64,000 nucleotides of DNA from Candidatus Latescibacterota bacterium (GCA_965198115.1 OZ240241.1:5568001-5632000), one strand, 5' to 3'; shown: positions 1-11,340, numbered from the stretch's first letter. Notes: generated by a model from the letters alone, not told the origin. Numbers and translations: made by a program.

Positions 1-483
1 ATTCTGGACGATCGCTTCATCCGTATTCGGGTCGGGTGTCAGCACATAGATCGCGTTCTGGAAAAGAAAGGGATCGGCTGCGTCGACGCCCCTCCACTCG
101 GAACCCGCCATAGGATGGCCACCCACGAAATCCACGCCATCGCTGCCATGTTCCCGGGCAATTTCACAGATCGCCTGCTTCGTGCTGCCCACATCCGTCA
201 CCACGCACCCGGGCGACACGGCTTCCAGGGTATCCGGAAGCAGCTCCAGAATCCGCGAAATGGGCGTCGACAGAAAAACGAAATCCGCTTCCCCGACCCC
301 CTCCTTAAGTGCATCATACGGCACACCCGAATCGATCGCCCCGGTCGCGACCGCACGGTCGATCGTCTCCGGACGGCTGACGCCGACCACCCGGGACGCG
401 ACGCCCGAGGCCTTGAGCGCCAGCCCGAGCGAACCGCCGATCAGCCCGACACCCACGATCGCGACGGAGGCGCCGTCGCTCAC
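1..483 (-). CDS. tyrA: Prephenate/arogenate dehydrogenase (5' part; runs off the window start)
   Basis: Not in the ORF track. Manual minus-strand translation from GTG at 483 gives MSDGASVAIVGVGLIGGSLGLAL (GxGxxG) and FVGGHPMAGSEWRGVDAADPFLF; lies directly downstream of the DAHP synthase gene. Confidence 0.9.
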   Translation of the reverse strand, partial: MSDGASVAIVGVGLIGGSLGLALKASGVASRVVGVSRPETIDRAVATGAIDSGVPYDALKEGVGEADFVFLSTPISRILELLPDTLEAVSPGCVVTDVGSTKQAICEIAREHGSDGVDFVGGHPMAGSEWRGVDAADPFLFQNAIYVLTPDPNTDEAIVQN

Positions 484-495
484 GGTCGGGCCGCG

Positions 496-1524
496 CTAAA
501 CACGTTCCGCCAGCTCCTTCACGAAAACGTCCGTCGCGTCCCAGCCCAAACAGGGATCGGTAATCGACTTTCCGTAAACCCCTTCCTCGACCGACTGCGA
601 CCCCTCGATCAGATAACTTTCGACCATCAGCCCACGGATGATTTCACGAAGGAGATCGGAGCCGGAGCGGCTTCGCATCACCTCCATCACAATCCGTGGC
701 TGTTCGGCAAACTGCTTGTCCGAGTTGTTGTGGTTCGCATCGACGACGAGGGTCGGGTTTTCGAGGTCCCGCTCCAGATACGCTTCGGCGATGTGCTGCA
801 AGTCCTCATAGTGGTAGTTGGGGTAGCTCCGGCCGCTCGAGTTGACCCATCCCCGCAGAATCGCGTGAGCCAGGGGGTTGCCGGCGGTTCGCGCCACCCA
901 ACGGTTGTAGTTCATCTCGTGCGGAATCTGCGCCGCATAAACGGCATTCAGCATCACGCCGATGTCGCCACCGGTCGGATTCTTCATGCCCACGGGCACA
1001 TCCACGCCGCTCGCCGTAAGACGGTGTTGCTGGTTCTCTGTCGACCGTGCCCCGACGGCGACGTAGCTCAGAATGTCCTCGACGTATGGGAAATTGCCGG
1101 GGTAGAGCATCTCATCGGCCGCGCTCAAATGCGACTCGGAAAAAGCACGGATGTGCATCTTCCGAATCGACATCAGTCCTTCGACGATGTCCGGATCCTT
1201 TTCCGGATCCGGCTGATGGGCCATGCCTTTGTAGCCTTCCCCCGTCGTCCGTGGCTTGTTCGTGTAGATTCGGGGGACCAGGATCAGTTTCTCCTCCACT
1301 GCTTCCTGCAGTTTGGCCAGACGTCCGACGTACTCGCACACGGCGTCCTCGTTGTCCGCCGAACAAGGCCCGATGATCAGCATCATCTTGCCATTCTTGC
1401 GCTCGAAAATATCCTTCAACTCAGCGTCCCGCCTCGCCTTGACCTTCGCCAGGTCGGGGTCGACGGGAAACTGCTCCCGGATGTCTTCCGGAAGGGGCGT
1501 TTCACCGATCAGTTTGAATGCCAT
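496..1524 (-). CDS. aroF: DAHP synthase, class I-alpha
   Basis: IIGPCS, KPRTTG..YKG, VGARSTE, GMKNPT, HAILRG, DANHNNS, SITDPCLGW motifs. Confidence 0.93.
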   Translation of the reverse strand: MAFKLIGETPLPEDIREQFPVDPDLAKVKARRDAELKDIFERKNGKMMLIIGPCSADNEDAVCEYVGRLAKLQEAVEEKLILVPRIYTNKPRTTGEGYKGMAHQPDPEKDPDIVEGLMSIRKMHIRAFSESHLSAADEMLYPGNFPYVEDILSYVAVGARSTENQQHRLTASGVDVPVGMKNPTGGDIGVMLNAVYAAQIPHEMNYNRWVARTAGNPLAHAILRGWVNSSGRSYPNYHYEDLQHIAEAYLERDLENPTLVVDANHNNSDKQFAEQPRIVMEVMRSRSGSDLLREIIRGLMVESYLIEGSQSVEEGVYGKSITDPCLGWDATDVFVKELAERV

Positions 1525-1539
1525 GATATCGCTCCGAGT

Positions 1540-1818
1540 TTACTTCGATTCGTCTTCTCCGTATTCCTGCTCGAGCCGGCGCGCTTCGTCGATGATCTGC
1601 CGAAAAATGCGCTCCACGGCCTTGTTGCTGAGGGGACCTCTGTTCAGCGATTCCAACTGTCGCAGCACCGCCGTTTCTCGCTCGGGTGCGTAAATCGGCT
1701 GATCGTTCGCTCGCTTGATCTTGCCGACCTCCAACGCGCACCGTGCGCGTTCGCTCAGCAGCTCGAGCAGCTCGCTGTTGATGGCGTCGATTTTCTGTCG
1801 CCAGTCCTCGATATCCAT
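1540..1818 (-). CDS. Monofunctional chorismate mutase (AroQ/CM_2)
   Basis: WRQKIDAIN..LL.LLSERA..ALEVGKIK, PERE..VL, IFRQII pattern; 92 aa; aromatic operon context. Confidence 0.9.
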   Translation of the reverse strand: MDIEDWRQKIDAINSELLELLSERARCALEVGKIKRANDQPIYAPERETAVLRQLESLNRGPLSNKAVERIFRQIIDEARRLEQEYGEDESK

Positions 1819-1821
1819 GAA

Positions 1822-2619
1822 CTATCCTTTGAGCGGGCGAACCAGATCGGCCGCAAAGTCCCCGATCTGGGTGACCAGACCGGGATCCTCTCCTTTTTCA
1901 CCAATGCGGCGAACGATCGCGCTCCCCACGACGACCGCGTCAGCCAGCCGCCCGACCTCGGCCGCGTGGTCCGGCGTCGAGATGCCGAAACCCACCGCGA
2001 GTGGCAGCGTCGTATGCGAGCGAATCTGTTCCACCATCGGCCCGAGTGAATCAGACAACGTCTGCTGTTCACCCGTGACCCCTGCTCGAGATACGTAGTA
2101 GACAAAACCCGTCGACGCTTCGGCGATCGTCTTGATTCGGCCCTCCCGGCTGGTCGGCGCCAGCAGAAAGACGGTATCCAACCCCGCGGCGTGCATCAGC
2201 TCACGGTAGGTCGATGCCTCTTCGGGTGGAAGATCCGAAATGATCGTGCCGTCGACACCCACGTCGGCGCAGCGCTTCACGAAATCTCCCAGACCATACC
2301 GATAGACCGGGTTGCAATACGTCATGAGGATCATCGGAATAGCCGAGCGCTTTCGGATGGCGATCACCGTGTCGAAAATGTCGACGACGGTCGTTCCGTT
2401 CTTCAAAGCGCGTTGGCCGGCCGCCTGAATCGTAGGGCCGTCCGCCAGCGGATCCGAGAAAGGTACGCCTAGTTCAACCACGTCGGACCCCGCCTCCTCG
2501 AGTGCGCAAACCAGGTCTACCGTCGCCTCGAGGCTCGGATCTCCCACCATGATGTAGGGAATGAAGCCCGTATGGCCGACTTCGTTCAGCTGTCTGAACG
2601 TGTCCCCCAAGCGCCCCAC
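1822..2619 (-). CDS. trpA: Tryptophan synthase alpha subunit
   Basis: ELGVPFSDPLADGPTIQ, YVSRAGVTG, VGFGIS, VVGSAIV. Confidence 0.97.
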   Translation of the reverse strand: MGRLGDTFRQLNEVGHTGFIPYIMVGDPSLEATVDLVCALEEAGSDVVELGVPFSDPLADGPTIQAAGQRALKNGTTVVDIFDTVIAIRKRSAIPMILMTYCNPVYRYGLGDFVKRCADVGVDGTIISDLPPEEASTYRELMHAAGLDTVFLLAPTSREGRIKTIAEASTGFVYYVSRAGVTGEQQTLSDSLGPMVEQIRSHTTLPLAVGFGISTPDHAAEVGRLADAVVVGSAIVRRIGEKGEDPGLVTQIGDFAADLVRPLKG

Positions 2620-2621
2620 CG

Positions 2622-3821
2622 TCAGTCCAACCCCTCGATCATGTCCGCCGCCTGCGTGACGTCTTTGTCTCCTCTCCCGGACAGATTCACGAGGACGATC
2701 TCGTCTCGATCCATCGACGGCGCTCGTTTGACGACCTCCGCGATCGCGTGCGCGCTCTCGAGCGCGGGAGTGATTCCCTCGACGCGGCTCAACAGCTGGA
2801 ACGCCTCGAGAGCCTCATCGTCCGTGGCATAGGTGTATTCGATTCGGTCGTGATCCCGCAAATAGCAATGCTCCGGCCCGACGCCCGAATAGTCCAACCC
2901 GGCCGAGACCGAATGCGTCAAAGCGATCTGGCCGTCGTCGTCCTGCAATACATAGATCTGCGATCCGTGAAGCACGCCCAGACGACCCCCGCAGAATCGT
3001 GCCGCGTGCTCGCCCGACTCGATCCCCCGTCCCCCCGCTTCGACACCCACCATCCGGACGTCGTCGTCCAAAAACCGGTGAAACAACCCGATCGAATTGC
3101 TTCCACCACCGACACAGGCCACGAGACAATCCGGCAGACGACCTTCCACCTCCAGCATCTGATCGCGCGCCTCGACGCCGATGACACGTTGGAAATCCCG
3201 GACGATCATCGGATACGGATGCGGACCCAGAACGGACCCGAAAATGTAGAACGTCGAATCGACGTTCGTCACCCAGTCCCGAATCGCCTCGTTGATCGCA
3301 TCCTTCAACGTCCGGCTGCCCGACTCCACGCCCGTCACCGTTGCCCCGAGCAGCTGCATTCGGAACACGTTGAGCGCCTGGCGGGCCATGTCTTCGGTGC
3401 CCATGTAGATCTCGCAATCGAGACCGAACATCGCCGCCACCGTCGCCGTCGCCACGCCGTGCTGGCCCGCACCCGTCTCCGCGATGATGCGTGTCTTGCC
3501 CATGCGACGCGCCAGCAGAATCTGACCCATCGAATTGTTGATCTTGTGCGCGCCCGTGTGCGCCAGATCCTCTCGCTTCAGGTAGATCTTCGCACCACCC
3601 AACCGTTCCGTCAGACGTTCGGCGAAGTAGATGGGCGTCGGTCTGCCCACGAAGTTCCGCAGGTAGTGACCGAGCTCGTTCTGAAACGCTTCGCTCTCCC
3701 TGGCTTCACGGTAGGCCGCCTCCAGATCGTCGAGGAGGGCCATCAGGGTTTCCGGCACGTATCGTCCCCCGTATGTGCCGAAGCGACCTCTTTCATCGGG
3801 TAGCGTATCTGATTTGGTCAC
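2622..3821 (-). CDS. trpB: Tryptophan synthase beta subunit
   Basis: [46 protein letters not shown]; start placed at GTG 3821 after a GGGGAG SD. Confidence 0.97.
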   Translation of the reverse strand: MTKSDTLPDERGRFGTYGGRYVPETLMALLDDLEAAYREARESEAFQNELGHYLRNFVGRPTPIYFAERLTERLGGAKIYLKREDLAHTGAHKINNSMGQILLARRMGKTRIIAETGAGQHGVATATVAAMFGLDCEIYMGTEDMARQALNVFRMQLLGATVTGVESGSRTLKDAINEAIRDWVTNVDSTFYIFGSVLGPHPYPMIVRDFQRVIGVEARDQMLEVEGRLPDCLVACVGGGSNSIGLFHRFLDDDVRMVGVEAGGRGIESGEHAARFCGGRLGVLHGSQIYVLQDDDGQIALTHSVSAGLDYSGVGPEHCYLRDHDRIEYTYATDDEALEAFQLLSRVEGITPALESAHAIAEVVKRAPSMDRDEIVLVNLSGRGDKDVTQAADMIEGLD

Positions 3822-3836
3822 ACCACTCCCCTTCAA

Positions 3837-5411
3837 TTATGAACCACCTGGAACAACGTGTTCGGCAATCGTCCGAAACAATACCCGTCGGTGGGACGCA
3901 CCGTCCTCGCCCCCGGAGAATCGGTGCAGGGCAATCACGATGGCGTTCGCGGGATCGACGCGAAAACTCGACCCGGTCACACCGTCACGCCCGTAACTCC
4001 CCGTCCCCAGACCTTCTCCAGGCTTTGGAACGATGCCGATGCCGCGCACGCCGCGCACGCCTGTCATAGCCTGAGCGGTTTCCGGCTCGATAAACAGGAA
4101 ATCCCCGTAGGACCCGCCGTTCAACAAGAGCTGACCCAACTTCGCCAGGTCCAGTGGTACACTCCACGCGTCATCGTGCGTCCCGAAAACCTCGGTGTCG
4201 TCACACGCGAGTGGACTCAGAAGATGATCGCGATAGAACGCGTCGAGTGCTTCGCCGCTGACGGCCTCGATCACCTTCCCCACGAGCGCCATCCCACTGC
4301 TCGACGCTCCACCACCCCCCACCTCGACATCATCCGCCACGCCCGCCACGCGCTCCTCCAGATCGTTGATGTCGTCACGCCACCCGTCCGCGATTCCACT
4401 CGTGTGCGTGACCAGATGACGCACCGTCATCGCCGGGTCGAGCGCCGTGCCGCGGAGCGGAACGAGATACTTCGCCACGGGCGCATCCAGTTCGACGCGC
4501 TTCTGGTCGACCAACGTCATCAACGCGAGCCCCGCGAGCACCTCCGTCACCTCGGCCAGCGGGGTCTGCGTCGCGAGCGTCATCGGCCTGGACCCGATCC
4601 CACCGACCGCACGGTAGTAGAAGACTACGCCCTTCCTCGCCACACAGAGAGACAGAGGCTCGTCTGACTGCCAGGCCGCAAGTACCGAATCCAGGGCGGC
4701 CGTCACCGTCTCCCGCATACCTGCTTCGGACGGCGAGCCGAACGTCAGCTCAGTCGAGCGCCCCCGATAGACCGCGGTGGGACAGTCGAACGCTTCGGCC
4801 GGTTCGAGATCGTAGAGCCGCCGCTTGAGACCGACCCACCACGTTCGATCCCTCGCCTGGCTTGCCCGTATGCCACCGGTACCCGGCACGAGCTCGTGCA
4901 GCCCCGCGAAAAGCGCGCCCGCCTGCTCGTCGTCCGTCAACCCCCGCACGACCTGTCGGATCACAAAAGCCGAAAGTGCAGCGCCCTGTTCGACGATCAC
5001 GATCGGGTCGATCGCCATTTCGTAGGGCAAATCGACGAGCGGGACCGTCGTGGACGGGTCCCATACAACCGGAGCCACGTGACGATAGAGCGTCTTGAAT
5101 CGTCGATACGTCCGCCCCGAGGAGGCCCGCACGGTCACGACCGCACCGTATCGGCCGGCTTCCGTCGGCGCCGTAACTCGACGGTAGTTCCGATCGTAAA
5201 AGTCGACCTCGATCGTATACGGTCCGATTCTCCGTCTGGCCAGCAGCGAATCGGCAAAGTCGCACGGAGGAAACGTCTCTCCCGAAAACACGTGAGGCGC
5301 GAACACCATCGGCTGCCGGGCGAACGCCGTGGCCACCGACTCTACAGATTGGCCCGACACGACGCCCGTGCAGATCCAGACCAGGAGTGCGAGCCACGAC
5401 GGCCATCTCAT
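3837..5411 (-). CDS. Exported beta-lactamase/serine-hydrolase-fold protein with degenerate catalytic motifs
   Basis: Signal-peptide-like MRWPSWLALLVWIC; C-terminal half has LDAPVAKYL, TVRHLVTHTSG, DLAKLGQLLLNGG; SxxK and YxN positions read LAEVTE and ASSSG. Confidence 0.7.
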   Translation of the reverse strand: MRWPSWLALLVWICTGVVSGQSVESVATAFARQPMVFAPHVFSGETFPPCDFADSLLARRRIGPYTIEVDFYDRNYRRVTAPTEAGRYGAVVTVRASSGRTYRRFKTLYRHVAPVVWDPSTTVPLVDLPYEMAIDPIVIVEQGAALSAFVIRQVVRGLTDDEQAGALFAGLHELVPGTGGIRASQARDRTWWVGLKRRLYDLEPAEAFDCPTAVYRGRSTELTFGSPSEAGMRETVTAALDSVLAAWQSDEPLSLCVARKGVVFYYRAVGGIGSRPMTLATQTPLAEVTEVLAGLALMTLVDQKRVELDAPVAKYLVPLRGTALDPAMTVRHLVTHTSGIADGWRDDINDLEERVAGVADDVEVGGGGASSSGMALVGKVIEAVSGEALDAFYRDHLLSPLACDDTEVFGTHDDAWSVPLDLAKLGQLLLNGGSYGDFLFIEPETAQAMTGVRGVRGIGIVPKPGEGLGTGSYGRDGVTGSSFRVDPANAIVIALHRFSGGEDGASHRRVLFRTIAEHVVPGGS

Positions 5412-5415
5412 GACC

Positions 5416-6669
5416 CTATCGGTCCCACCGCACCAGGAAGTAATTCCGCTTCCCACGTCGCATCACGAGGAATTTCCCGCACAACGCGTCGCTCGGAGCC
5501 AGGGTCTTTTCCAGCGTGTCACACCGCTCCCCGTTGATGTAAATGGCCCCACTGCTGATGTCTTCGCGCGCCTGCCGCTTCGACTTGGAAATACTGGCGT
5601 CGACCAGGAGATCGATCAGCCCGATTTCCGTGCCGCCCAACGAATGTGAGGGGACGTCGCTGAATCCCTCCTCGACCTCCTGCTCTGACAGACTCCCGAG
5701 GTCATCGCTGAAAAGGGCTTCCGATATGTGGACCGCGCGATGCATCGCCTCCTCGCCGTGAACGAGCTTCGTCACCTCCTCGGCCAGGACACGTTGGGCC
5801 TCCCGTTTCTCCGGTGCCCTTTCCACCTCGCGCGACAGAGCTTCGATCGCCTCGCACGACAGGAACGTGAACATCATCAAAAAAGACACGGCATCGGCAT
5901 CGGGCACGTTCACGAACCACTGGTAAAACTGATAGGGCGACGTCAACTCCGCGTCGAGCCAGATCGCCGAGCCTTCCGATTTGCTGAACTTCTTGCCATC
6001 CGACCGCTCCAGGAGGGGGTTTGTCAGCCCGAAGGCCTGCTCTCCGAGTTCCCGCCGAATCAGTTCGGCGCCGGCCGTGATGTTACCCCACTGGTCGCTC
6101 CCGCCGATCTGGAGCTCACAATCGTAGACCCTCCGCAACTCGAGGAAATCATAGGCCTGCAAGACCATATAACTGAACTCGGTGTAGGAGATCCCTGCCT
6201 CCATCCGTGAGGAAACCGACTCCTTGGCCAGCATGTAGCCGAGCGAGAAGTGTTTGCCGACGTCCCTCAACAGATCGATGGCGCGCAGTTCCGAAAGCCA
6301 CGTGTAGTTGGACACGATCCGCGCTGGGTTCGACTTGACCTCGAAGTCCAGGTATCGCTCGAGTTGGCCCCGCATCCTGTTCGTCCACGCATCGACGACC
6401 TCCGTCGTGTTCAGCTTCCGCTCCTCGTCCCGCCCGCTCGGATCGCCGATCAGACCCGTACCGCCACCAACCAAACCGATCGGGTGGTGACCGGCCAGCT
6501 GAAACCGCCTCAACACGAGAGCCGGGATCAGATTTCCGATCGTCAAACTCTCCGCCGTCGGGTCGAAACCCGAGTAGAGCGTGACCGGTCCTCGCTGCAA
6601 CCGTTCTTCCAGCCCTTCCGTCTGCTGAAACACGAGACCCCGGTAGGTCAGATCTTCCAAAATATCCAC
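5416..6669 (-). CDS. tyrS: Tyrosyl-tRNA synthetase
   Basis: YSGFDPTA, TIGN (HIGH-like), QIGGSDQWGNI, KFSKS (KMSKS-like), C-terminal S4 domain; start GTG 6669 (alternative TTG 6684). Confidence 0.96.
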   Translation of the reverse strand: MDILEDLTYRGLVFQQTEGLEERLQRGPVTLYSGFDPTAESLTIGNLIPALVLRRFQLAGHHPIGLVGGGTGLIGDPSGRDEERKLNTTEVVDAWTNRMRGQLERYLDFEVKSNPARIVSNYTWLSELRAIDLLRDVGKHFSLGYMLAKESVSSRMEAGISYTEFSYMVLQAYDFLELRRVYDCELQIGGSDQWGNITAGAELIRRELGEQAFGLTNPLLERSDGKKFSKSEGSAIWLDAELTSPYQFYQWFVNVPDADAVSFLMMFTFLSCEAIEALSREVERAPEKREAQRVLAEEVTKLVHGEEAMHRAVHISEALFSDDLGSLSEQEVEEGFSDVPSHSLGGTEIGLIDLLVDASISKSKRQAREDISSGAIYINGERCDTLEKTLAPSDALCGKFLVMRRGKRNYFLVRWDR

Positions 6670-6684
6670 GAACGCCCTCTCCAA

Positions 6685-7305
6685 TCAGATGCCGCGCACG
6701 GCGCGGATGAATGCGCGCACCTTCTCGTGATCTTTCTTGCCCGGCTCCACTTCCACACCGCTGCCCGTGTCGACGGCATAAGGCTCCACGGTCCGAATGC
6801 CCTCGATCACGTTTTCAGGGTCCATCCCGCCCGACAGCACGACACGACCCTCGTCCTTAACGGCGAGGGCGGCGCCCCAATCGAACGTCTCTCCCGTTCC
6901 GCCGTAAAACCCCTCCTTCGCCGCATCCAGCAGAAACGTCGACACGCCAGAACGGGCATAGGGTGTGAGCGACCCGGCATCGAACCCCTTCCCGACTTGA
7001 ACCGCGCGAATCACCGCCCCATCGACCGCCGCACACGTCTCTGGAGATTCATCGCCGTGAAGCTGGGCGCATTGAAGACCTGTCTCACGCAGCGTGGACG
7101 AAACGCGCTCAGACGGCACATTCACGAACACCCCGACGGGGGTCACGAACGGTGGCAAATCCTTCACGATACTCGTCACTGTCTCGAGCGACACGTAGCG
7201 GGGGCTCTTCGGATAGAAGATGAAGCCCAGCGCATCCGCGCCCGCATCGACGGCGCACGCGGCGTCGTCGGCATTCGTGATGCCGCAGATCTTGATGCGA
7301 ACCAT
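6685..7305 (-). CDS. trpF: Phosphoribosylanthranilate isomerase
   Basis: KICGIT, GFIF..SPRYV, QLHGDES, GGTGETFDW, VDTGSGVE. Confidence 0.96.
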   Translation of the reverse strand: MVRIKICGITNADDAACAVDAGADALGFIFYPKSPRYVSLETVTSIVKDLPPFVTPVGVFVNVPSERVSSTLRETGLQCAQLHGDESPETCAAVDGAVIRAVQVGKGFDAGSLTPYARSGVSTFLLDAAKEGFYGGTGETFDWGAALAVKDEGRVVLSGGMDPENVIEGIRTVEPYAVDTGSGVEVEPGKKDHEKVRAFIRAVRGI

Positions 7306-7344
7306 CCCGGCGTCACCTGCCCATCTGCTTCACGACGACGGGAC

Positions 7345-8142
7345 TCACGCTTCCTCTCCCAAAAGCTCCCGCAACTTGAGTCCGATGTCTGTCTCCCGCA
7401 TCAGACTCTCGCCCACGAGGACCGCGTCGGCGCCCGCATCTCTGACCCGTATCACGTCGGCCCGTGTCCCGATTCCGCTCTCGCTCACGATCAACGTGTC
7501 CTCGGGCAGCAACCGGGCCACACGCTCGGTCGTCTCGAGCGTCGTATCGAAGGTGTGGAGATCGCGGTTGTTGATCCCGACAATCTCGGCCCCCGCGTCA
7601 ACGGCTCGTCTTCCCTCGCTCTCCGTATGGACCTCCACGACGGCATCCAGATCCAACCCTCGCGACACCTCCAAAAACTGCCGAAGCAACGCATCTTCCA
7701 GCGCCGCCACGATCAGCAGGACGGCCGACGCACCGATCGCGCGCGCCTCGTAGATCTGGTAGCCGTCTACCGTAAAGTCTTTGCGCAGGAGCGGTAGCCT
7801 CACGGCCTCGTGCACCGCCGTCAGGAAGTCCGCCGACCCCTGAAAATACTTCTCGTCCGTCAACAGGGAGATGGCGGATGCTCCGTGTGCTTCGTACGTC
7901 ACCCCGATCGTGACCGGGTCGAAATCCTCGCGAATCAATCCCTTAGAGGGCGAAGCTTTCTTGATCTCCGCGATCACCGCAATGTCGTCACCCGACGTCA
8001 GTGCCTCGAACAGAGAGGCCGGCTGCGCCGCCGAGTCGGCGCATGCCCGAACCGTCTCCTCGGGAACCCGTCCCCTCGCGTCGGCCACCACGCCCCGCTT
8101 GTAAGCGACGATCTCATCCAGAATGCTCGACACGGCGTTCAT
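7345..8142 (-). CDS. trpC: Indole-3-glycerol phosphate synthase
   Basis: [37 protein letters not shown]; ATG 8142 overlaps the trpD stop (ATGA). Confidence 0.96.
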   Translation of the reverse strand: MNAVSSILDEIVAYKRGVVADARGRVPEETVRACADSAAQPASLFEALTSGDDIAVIAEIKKASPSKGLIREDFDPVTIGVTYEAHGASAISLLTDEKYFQGSADFLTAVHEAVRLPLLRKDFTVDGYQIYEARAIGASAVLLIVAALEDALLRQFLEVSRGLDLDAVVEVHTESEGRRAVDAGAEIVGINNRDLHTFDTTLETTERVARLLPEDTLIVSESGIGTRADVIRVRDAGADAVLVGESLMRETDIGLKLRELLGEEA

Positions 8143-9155
8143 CCCCGACTCGCCTCGATCAGCCCATCCAACTTCTCTCTTGCCGCGCCGGAATCGATCG
8201 TCTCCGCCGCCAGGGCCGCGCCCGTCTTCAGATCCTCGGCGACCCCGCCTGCAACGAGCGCGAACGCGGCGTTCAGCAGGACGATGTCTCTCCGCGGGCC
8301 CGTCTGGCCATCGAGGACGTCTCGCAGCAGCTTCGCATTCTCGTCGGGATCGCCCCCACTCAGATCTTCGCCCCGGGCGGCTTCGATACCCAGATCCTCG
8401 GGCGACACCTCGTAGGTCGTCACCGTGCCGTCCTTCAGCTCGCTCACACGCGTCGGGCCGGTCGTCGTCGCTTCGTCCAGTCCGTCGGACCCGTGCACGA
8501 CGAAGGCGTGTTCGGCGCCAAGCCCGCCCAGCACTTTCGCCAGGGGCTCCGTCAGATCGGGGCTGTAAACTCCGATGACCTGCCGCGTCGCCCCCGCCGG
8601 ATTCGTCAGCGGCCCGAGGGCGTTGAAAATCGTGCGCGCCCCGAGTTCGCGACGGGGGCCGATCGCGTGCTTCATCGCCCCGTGTAACGAGATCGCGAAA
8701 AGAAACCCGATCCCCACATCGTCCAGACAGCGACCGACCGTTTCCGGGTCGGCCTCGACGTCCACACCCAGCGCACTCAACACATCCGCGCTCCCGCACT
8801 GGCTCGACGCGGCTCGATTCCCGTGTTTGGCCACACAGAGTCCCGCCCCGGCGACGACGAACGCGCACGTCGTCGAGATGTTGAACGTACCCGAATGGTC
8901 CCCGCCGGTTCCGCACGTGTCGACGACGGGACGTCGATCGGTCTGTATCCGCGTCGCCTTGTCCCTCATCACCTCCGCGGCACCCGCGATCTCATCGACC
9001 GTCTCTCCCTTGATCCGCAACCCAACCAGGAAGCCACCGATCTGGGCGTCGGTCGCCTCACCCGACATGATCGCGTTCATCACCTCGACCATTTCGTCGC
9101 GCATCAGATCACGCCCCTCGATCACACGGGCGATCGCTCCTTGTATCGTCATCAT
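8139..9155 (-). CDS. trpD: Anthranilate phosphoribosyltransferase
   Basis: [39 protein letters not shown]. Confidence 0.97.
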   Translation of the reverse strand: MMTIQGAIARVIEGRDLMRDEMVEVMNAIMSGEATDAQIGGFLVGLRIKGETVDEIAGAAEVMRDKATRIQTDRRPVVDTCGTGGDHSGTFNISTTCAFVVAGAGLCVAKHGNRAASSQCGSADVLSALGVDVEADPETVGRCLDDVGIGFLFAISLHGAMKHAIGPRRELGARTIFNALGPLTNPAGATRQVIGVYSPDLTEPLAKVLGGLGAEHAFVVHGSDGLDEATTTGPTRVSELKDGTVTTYEVSPEDLGIEAARGEDLSGGDPDENAKLLRDVLDGQTGPRRDIVLLNAAFALVAGGVAEDLKTGAALAAETIDSGAAREKLDGLIEASRG

Positions 9156-9185
9156 CGGTCCTCGTCGTTCACGGAATCGCCGTCC

Positions 9186-9749
9186 TCACGCATCCAGGAA
9201 GTTCTGCAGCAAATCGTGGCCGGTCTTCGTCAGAATCGACTCAGGATGAAACTGAACCCCCTCCACGGGCATCGTCTTGTGTCTCAGACCCATGATCGTC
9301 CCATCGTCCGTCTCCGCCGAAACCTCCAGGCAGTCTGGCAGGCTCTCCCGTTCGACCATCAACGAGTGATAGCGCGTGGCCGTGAACGGCTGCGGTAACC
9401 CTTCGAACAGGGTCCTGCCGTCGTGCGAGATCTCCGACGTCTTACCGTGCATAATGGTCGGCGCGCCGACCACTATGCCTCCGAAGGCCTGACCGACCGA
9501 TTGATGTCCCAAACAGACACCCAGGATCGGGAGCTTCCCCGCGAACGCCTCGATCAGCGAGACCGAGATCCCCGCCTCGTTCGGCGTACACGGTCCCGGC
9601 GAAACGACGATGCGATCGGCCTCCAGCTCTTCGATCTCCTCGAGCGTCACACGATCGTTGCGTTTCACCTCCAGCGTCGCACCCAGTTCACCCAGATACT
9701 GTACGAGGTTGTAGGTAAACGAATCGTAGTTGTCGATCACCAGAATCAC
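9186..9749 (-). CDS. trpG: Anthranilate synthase component II (glutamine amidotransferase)
   Basis: [30 protein letters not shown]; GTG 9749 overlaps the trpE stop. Confidence 0.95.
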   Translation of the reverse strand: MILVIDNYDSFTYNLVQYLGELGATLEVKRNDRVTLEEIEELEADRIVVSPGPCTPNEAGISVSLIEAFAGKLPILGVCLGHQSVGQAFGGIVVGAPTIMHGKTSEISHDGRTLFEGLPQPFTATRYHSLMVERESLPDCLEVSAETDDGTIMGLRHKTMPVEGVQFHPESILTKTGHDLLQNFLDA

Positions 9750-11236
9750 GACGACGCCCCTGCCGCAAACGCACCTCGTTCGGCCATCTCGACTGCGCGG
9801 AACTGGGCACGCGCCTTGTTTTCCGTTTCGGTGAACTCGTACTCGGGCTCCGAATCGAAAACGATCCCCCCACCCGCTTGAACGTAGGCCTTGTCGTTCT
9901 TGAGCACCATCGTCCGGATCGCAATGCACGTATCCATGTTGCCCGAGAAGTCGATGTAGCCTACGGCACCCGCGTAGGGGCCCCGTCGCGTGGGTTCGAG
10001 CTCGTCGATGATCTCCATCGCCCGAATCTTGGGCGCACCGGAGACCGTGCCCGCGGGGTAGCAGGCGAAAAGCGCATCGAGTGCGTCCACGTCGTCTCTT
10101 AACCGTCCTTCGACGTTCGAAACGATGTGCATCACGTGGGAATAGCGCTCGACGTTCATCTGCTCCGTCACCCGGACCGTATCGAAGGACGAAACCCGCC
10201 CGACGTCATTTCGGCCCAGGTCGACCAGCATGATGTGCTCGGCGCATTCCTTCTCGTCCCCCAGCAGTTCTTCGCCAAGCTCTCGATCCTCTTCATCGGT
10301 CCGTCCACGCCATCGTGTTCCTGCGATCGGCCTCACCTGCACCTTACGATCCTCGACACGAACCAGAAGCTCGGGAGAAGCTCCAACGAGCCTGCAGTCC
10401 CCCAGATCGACGTGGAACATGTAGGGCGAGGGATTGACGGTCCTGAGCATCCGGTAGATCGCGCTCGAATCGACCGTCACATCGGTCTCGAACCGTTGCG
10501 ACAGCACGACCTGAAAGATGTCCCCCGCCACGATGTAGTCGCGACACCGCTCCACCTTCTTCAAATAGTCGGCCTTTTCGGTGTTCGAACGAACGGCACA
10601 CGCGCTCGTGCCTCCACTCAATTGCGCTTGCAGTGGTTGGGCGAGCGCCTCCTCCAGGGTCGCGATCTTGTCCTTCGCAGCCTCGTACCCGTCCGAAACA
10701 CTCTCGCCTGTATGTACGTTGGTGATCAGGTGGATCACGTGCTCGACGTTGTCGAACGCGAGCAACGTGTCGAAAAACATCAGAACGATGTCGTCGAGTT
10801 TCAGATCGTCGGCCGTGTCGTCCGGGATGTCCTCCATCAGACGAATCGCGTCGTAGCCCACGTATCCGACGGCGCCGCCCGTGAATCGGGGCATCCCCTC
10901 CACGTGGGCCGAGCGATACGTTCCGAGCAATCTGCGCAGGGCCTCGATCGGATCCCCCTCGATCTCCGACCTCTCGCCCTTCCGAAGATCCTCGGTGCGG
11001 ATCCGCGTGCCGCGGCTGCGAAACACGAGAAAGGGCTCGACCCCCAGGAAGGAGTAACGACCGACCTTCTCACCACCCTCGACGCTCTCGAACAGGAACG
11101 AATGGGGCGCACGGGTCCGAATCTTCAGGTAGGCCGACAGGGGGGTTTCGAGATCGCCCAGGATGGTGCGGGAGACCGGGACCAGATCCGCCGTCGCTGC
11201 GAGGGTCTGGACCTCGTCGAGGGAGGGCTCAATCAC
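9746..11236 (-). CDS. trpE: Anthranilate synthase component I
   Basis: [56 protein letters not shown]; start uncertain (11236 or 11266). Confidence 0.95.
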   Translation of the reverse strand: MIEPSLDEVQTLAATADLVPVSRTILGDLETPLSAYLKIRTRAPHSFLFESVEGGEKVGRYSFLGVEPFLVFRSRGTRIRTEDLRKGERSEIEGDPIEALRRLLGTYRSAHVEGMPRFTGGAVGYVGYDAIRLMEDIPDDTADDLKLDDIVLMFFDTLLAFDNVEHVIHLITNVHTGESVSDGYEAAKDKIATLEEALAQPLQAQLSGGTSACAVRSNTEKADYLKKVERCRDYIVAGDIFQVVLSQRFETDVTVDSSAIYRMLRTVNPSPYMFHVDLGDCRLVGASPELLVRVEDRKVQVRPIAGTRWRGRTDEEDRELGEELLGDEKECAEHIMLVDLGRNDVGRVSSFDTVRVTEQMNVERYSHVMHIVSNVEGRLRDDVDALDALFACYPAGTVSGAPKIRAMEIIDELEPTRRGPYAGAVGYIDFSGNMDTCIAIRTMVLKNDKAYVQAGGGIVFDSEPEYEFTETENKARAQFRAVEMAERGAFAAGASS

Positions 11237-11340
11237 GCTGAACTTCGCTTTCCGTTTGGTGGCCAAAAGCTTTGTAATATGCTGTTTATCAGGTATTTGT
11301 CAAGGTTGACCCGGGCACTGGACAGGGCGCTTTTCGGCAC

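Noticed and set aside
115-2049. 644-aa plus-strand ORF and similar long antisense ORFs (e.g. 6250-7797, 10127-11491, 32595-34160, 35982-38081, 43088-44806, 50256-52049)
   Set aside because: Shadow frames opposite well-supported genes; expected in high-GC DNA; no motifs.
6660-6700. T-box riboswitch before tyrS
   Set aside because: tyrS abuts trpF, leaving no leader space.
7345-8916. Apparent 523-aa trpC with an N-terminal extension
   Set aside because: The extension overlaps trpD in another frame; the true start is ATG 8142.
11275-11303. Second promoter downstream of the attenuator (TTGACA at 11303-11298)
   Set aside because: No convincing -10 element at a 17-nt spacing.
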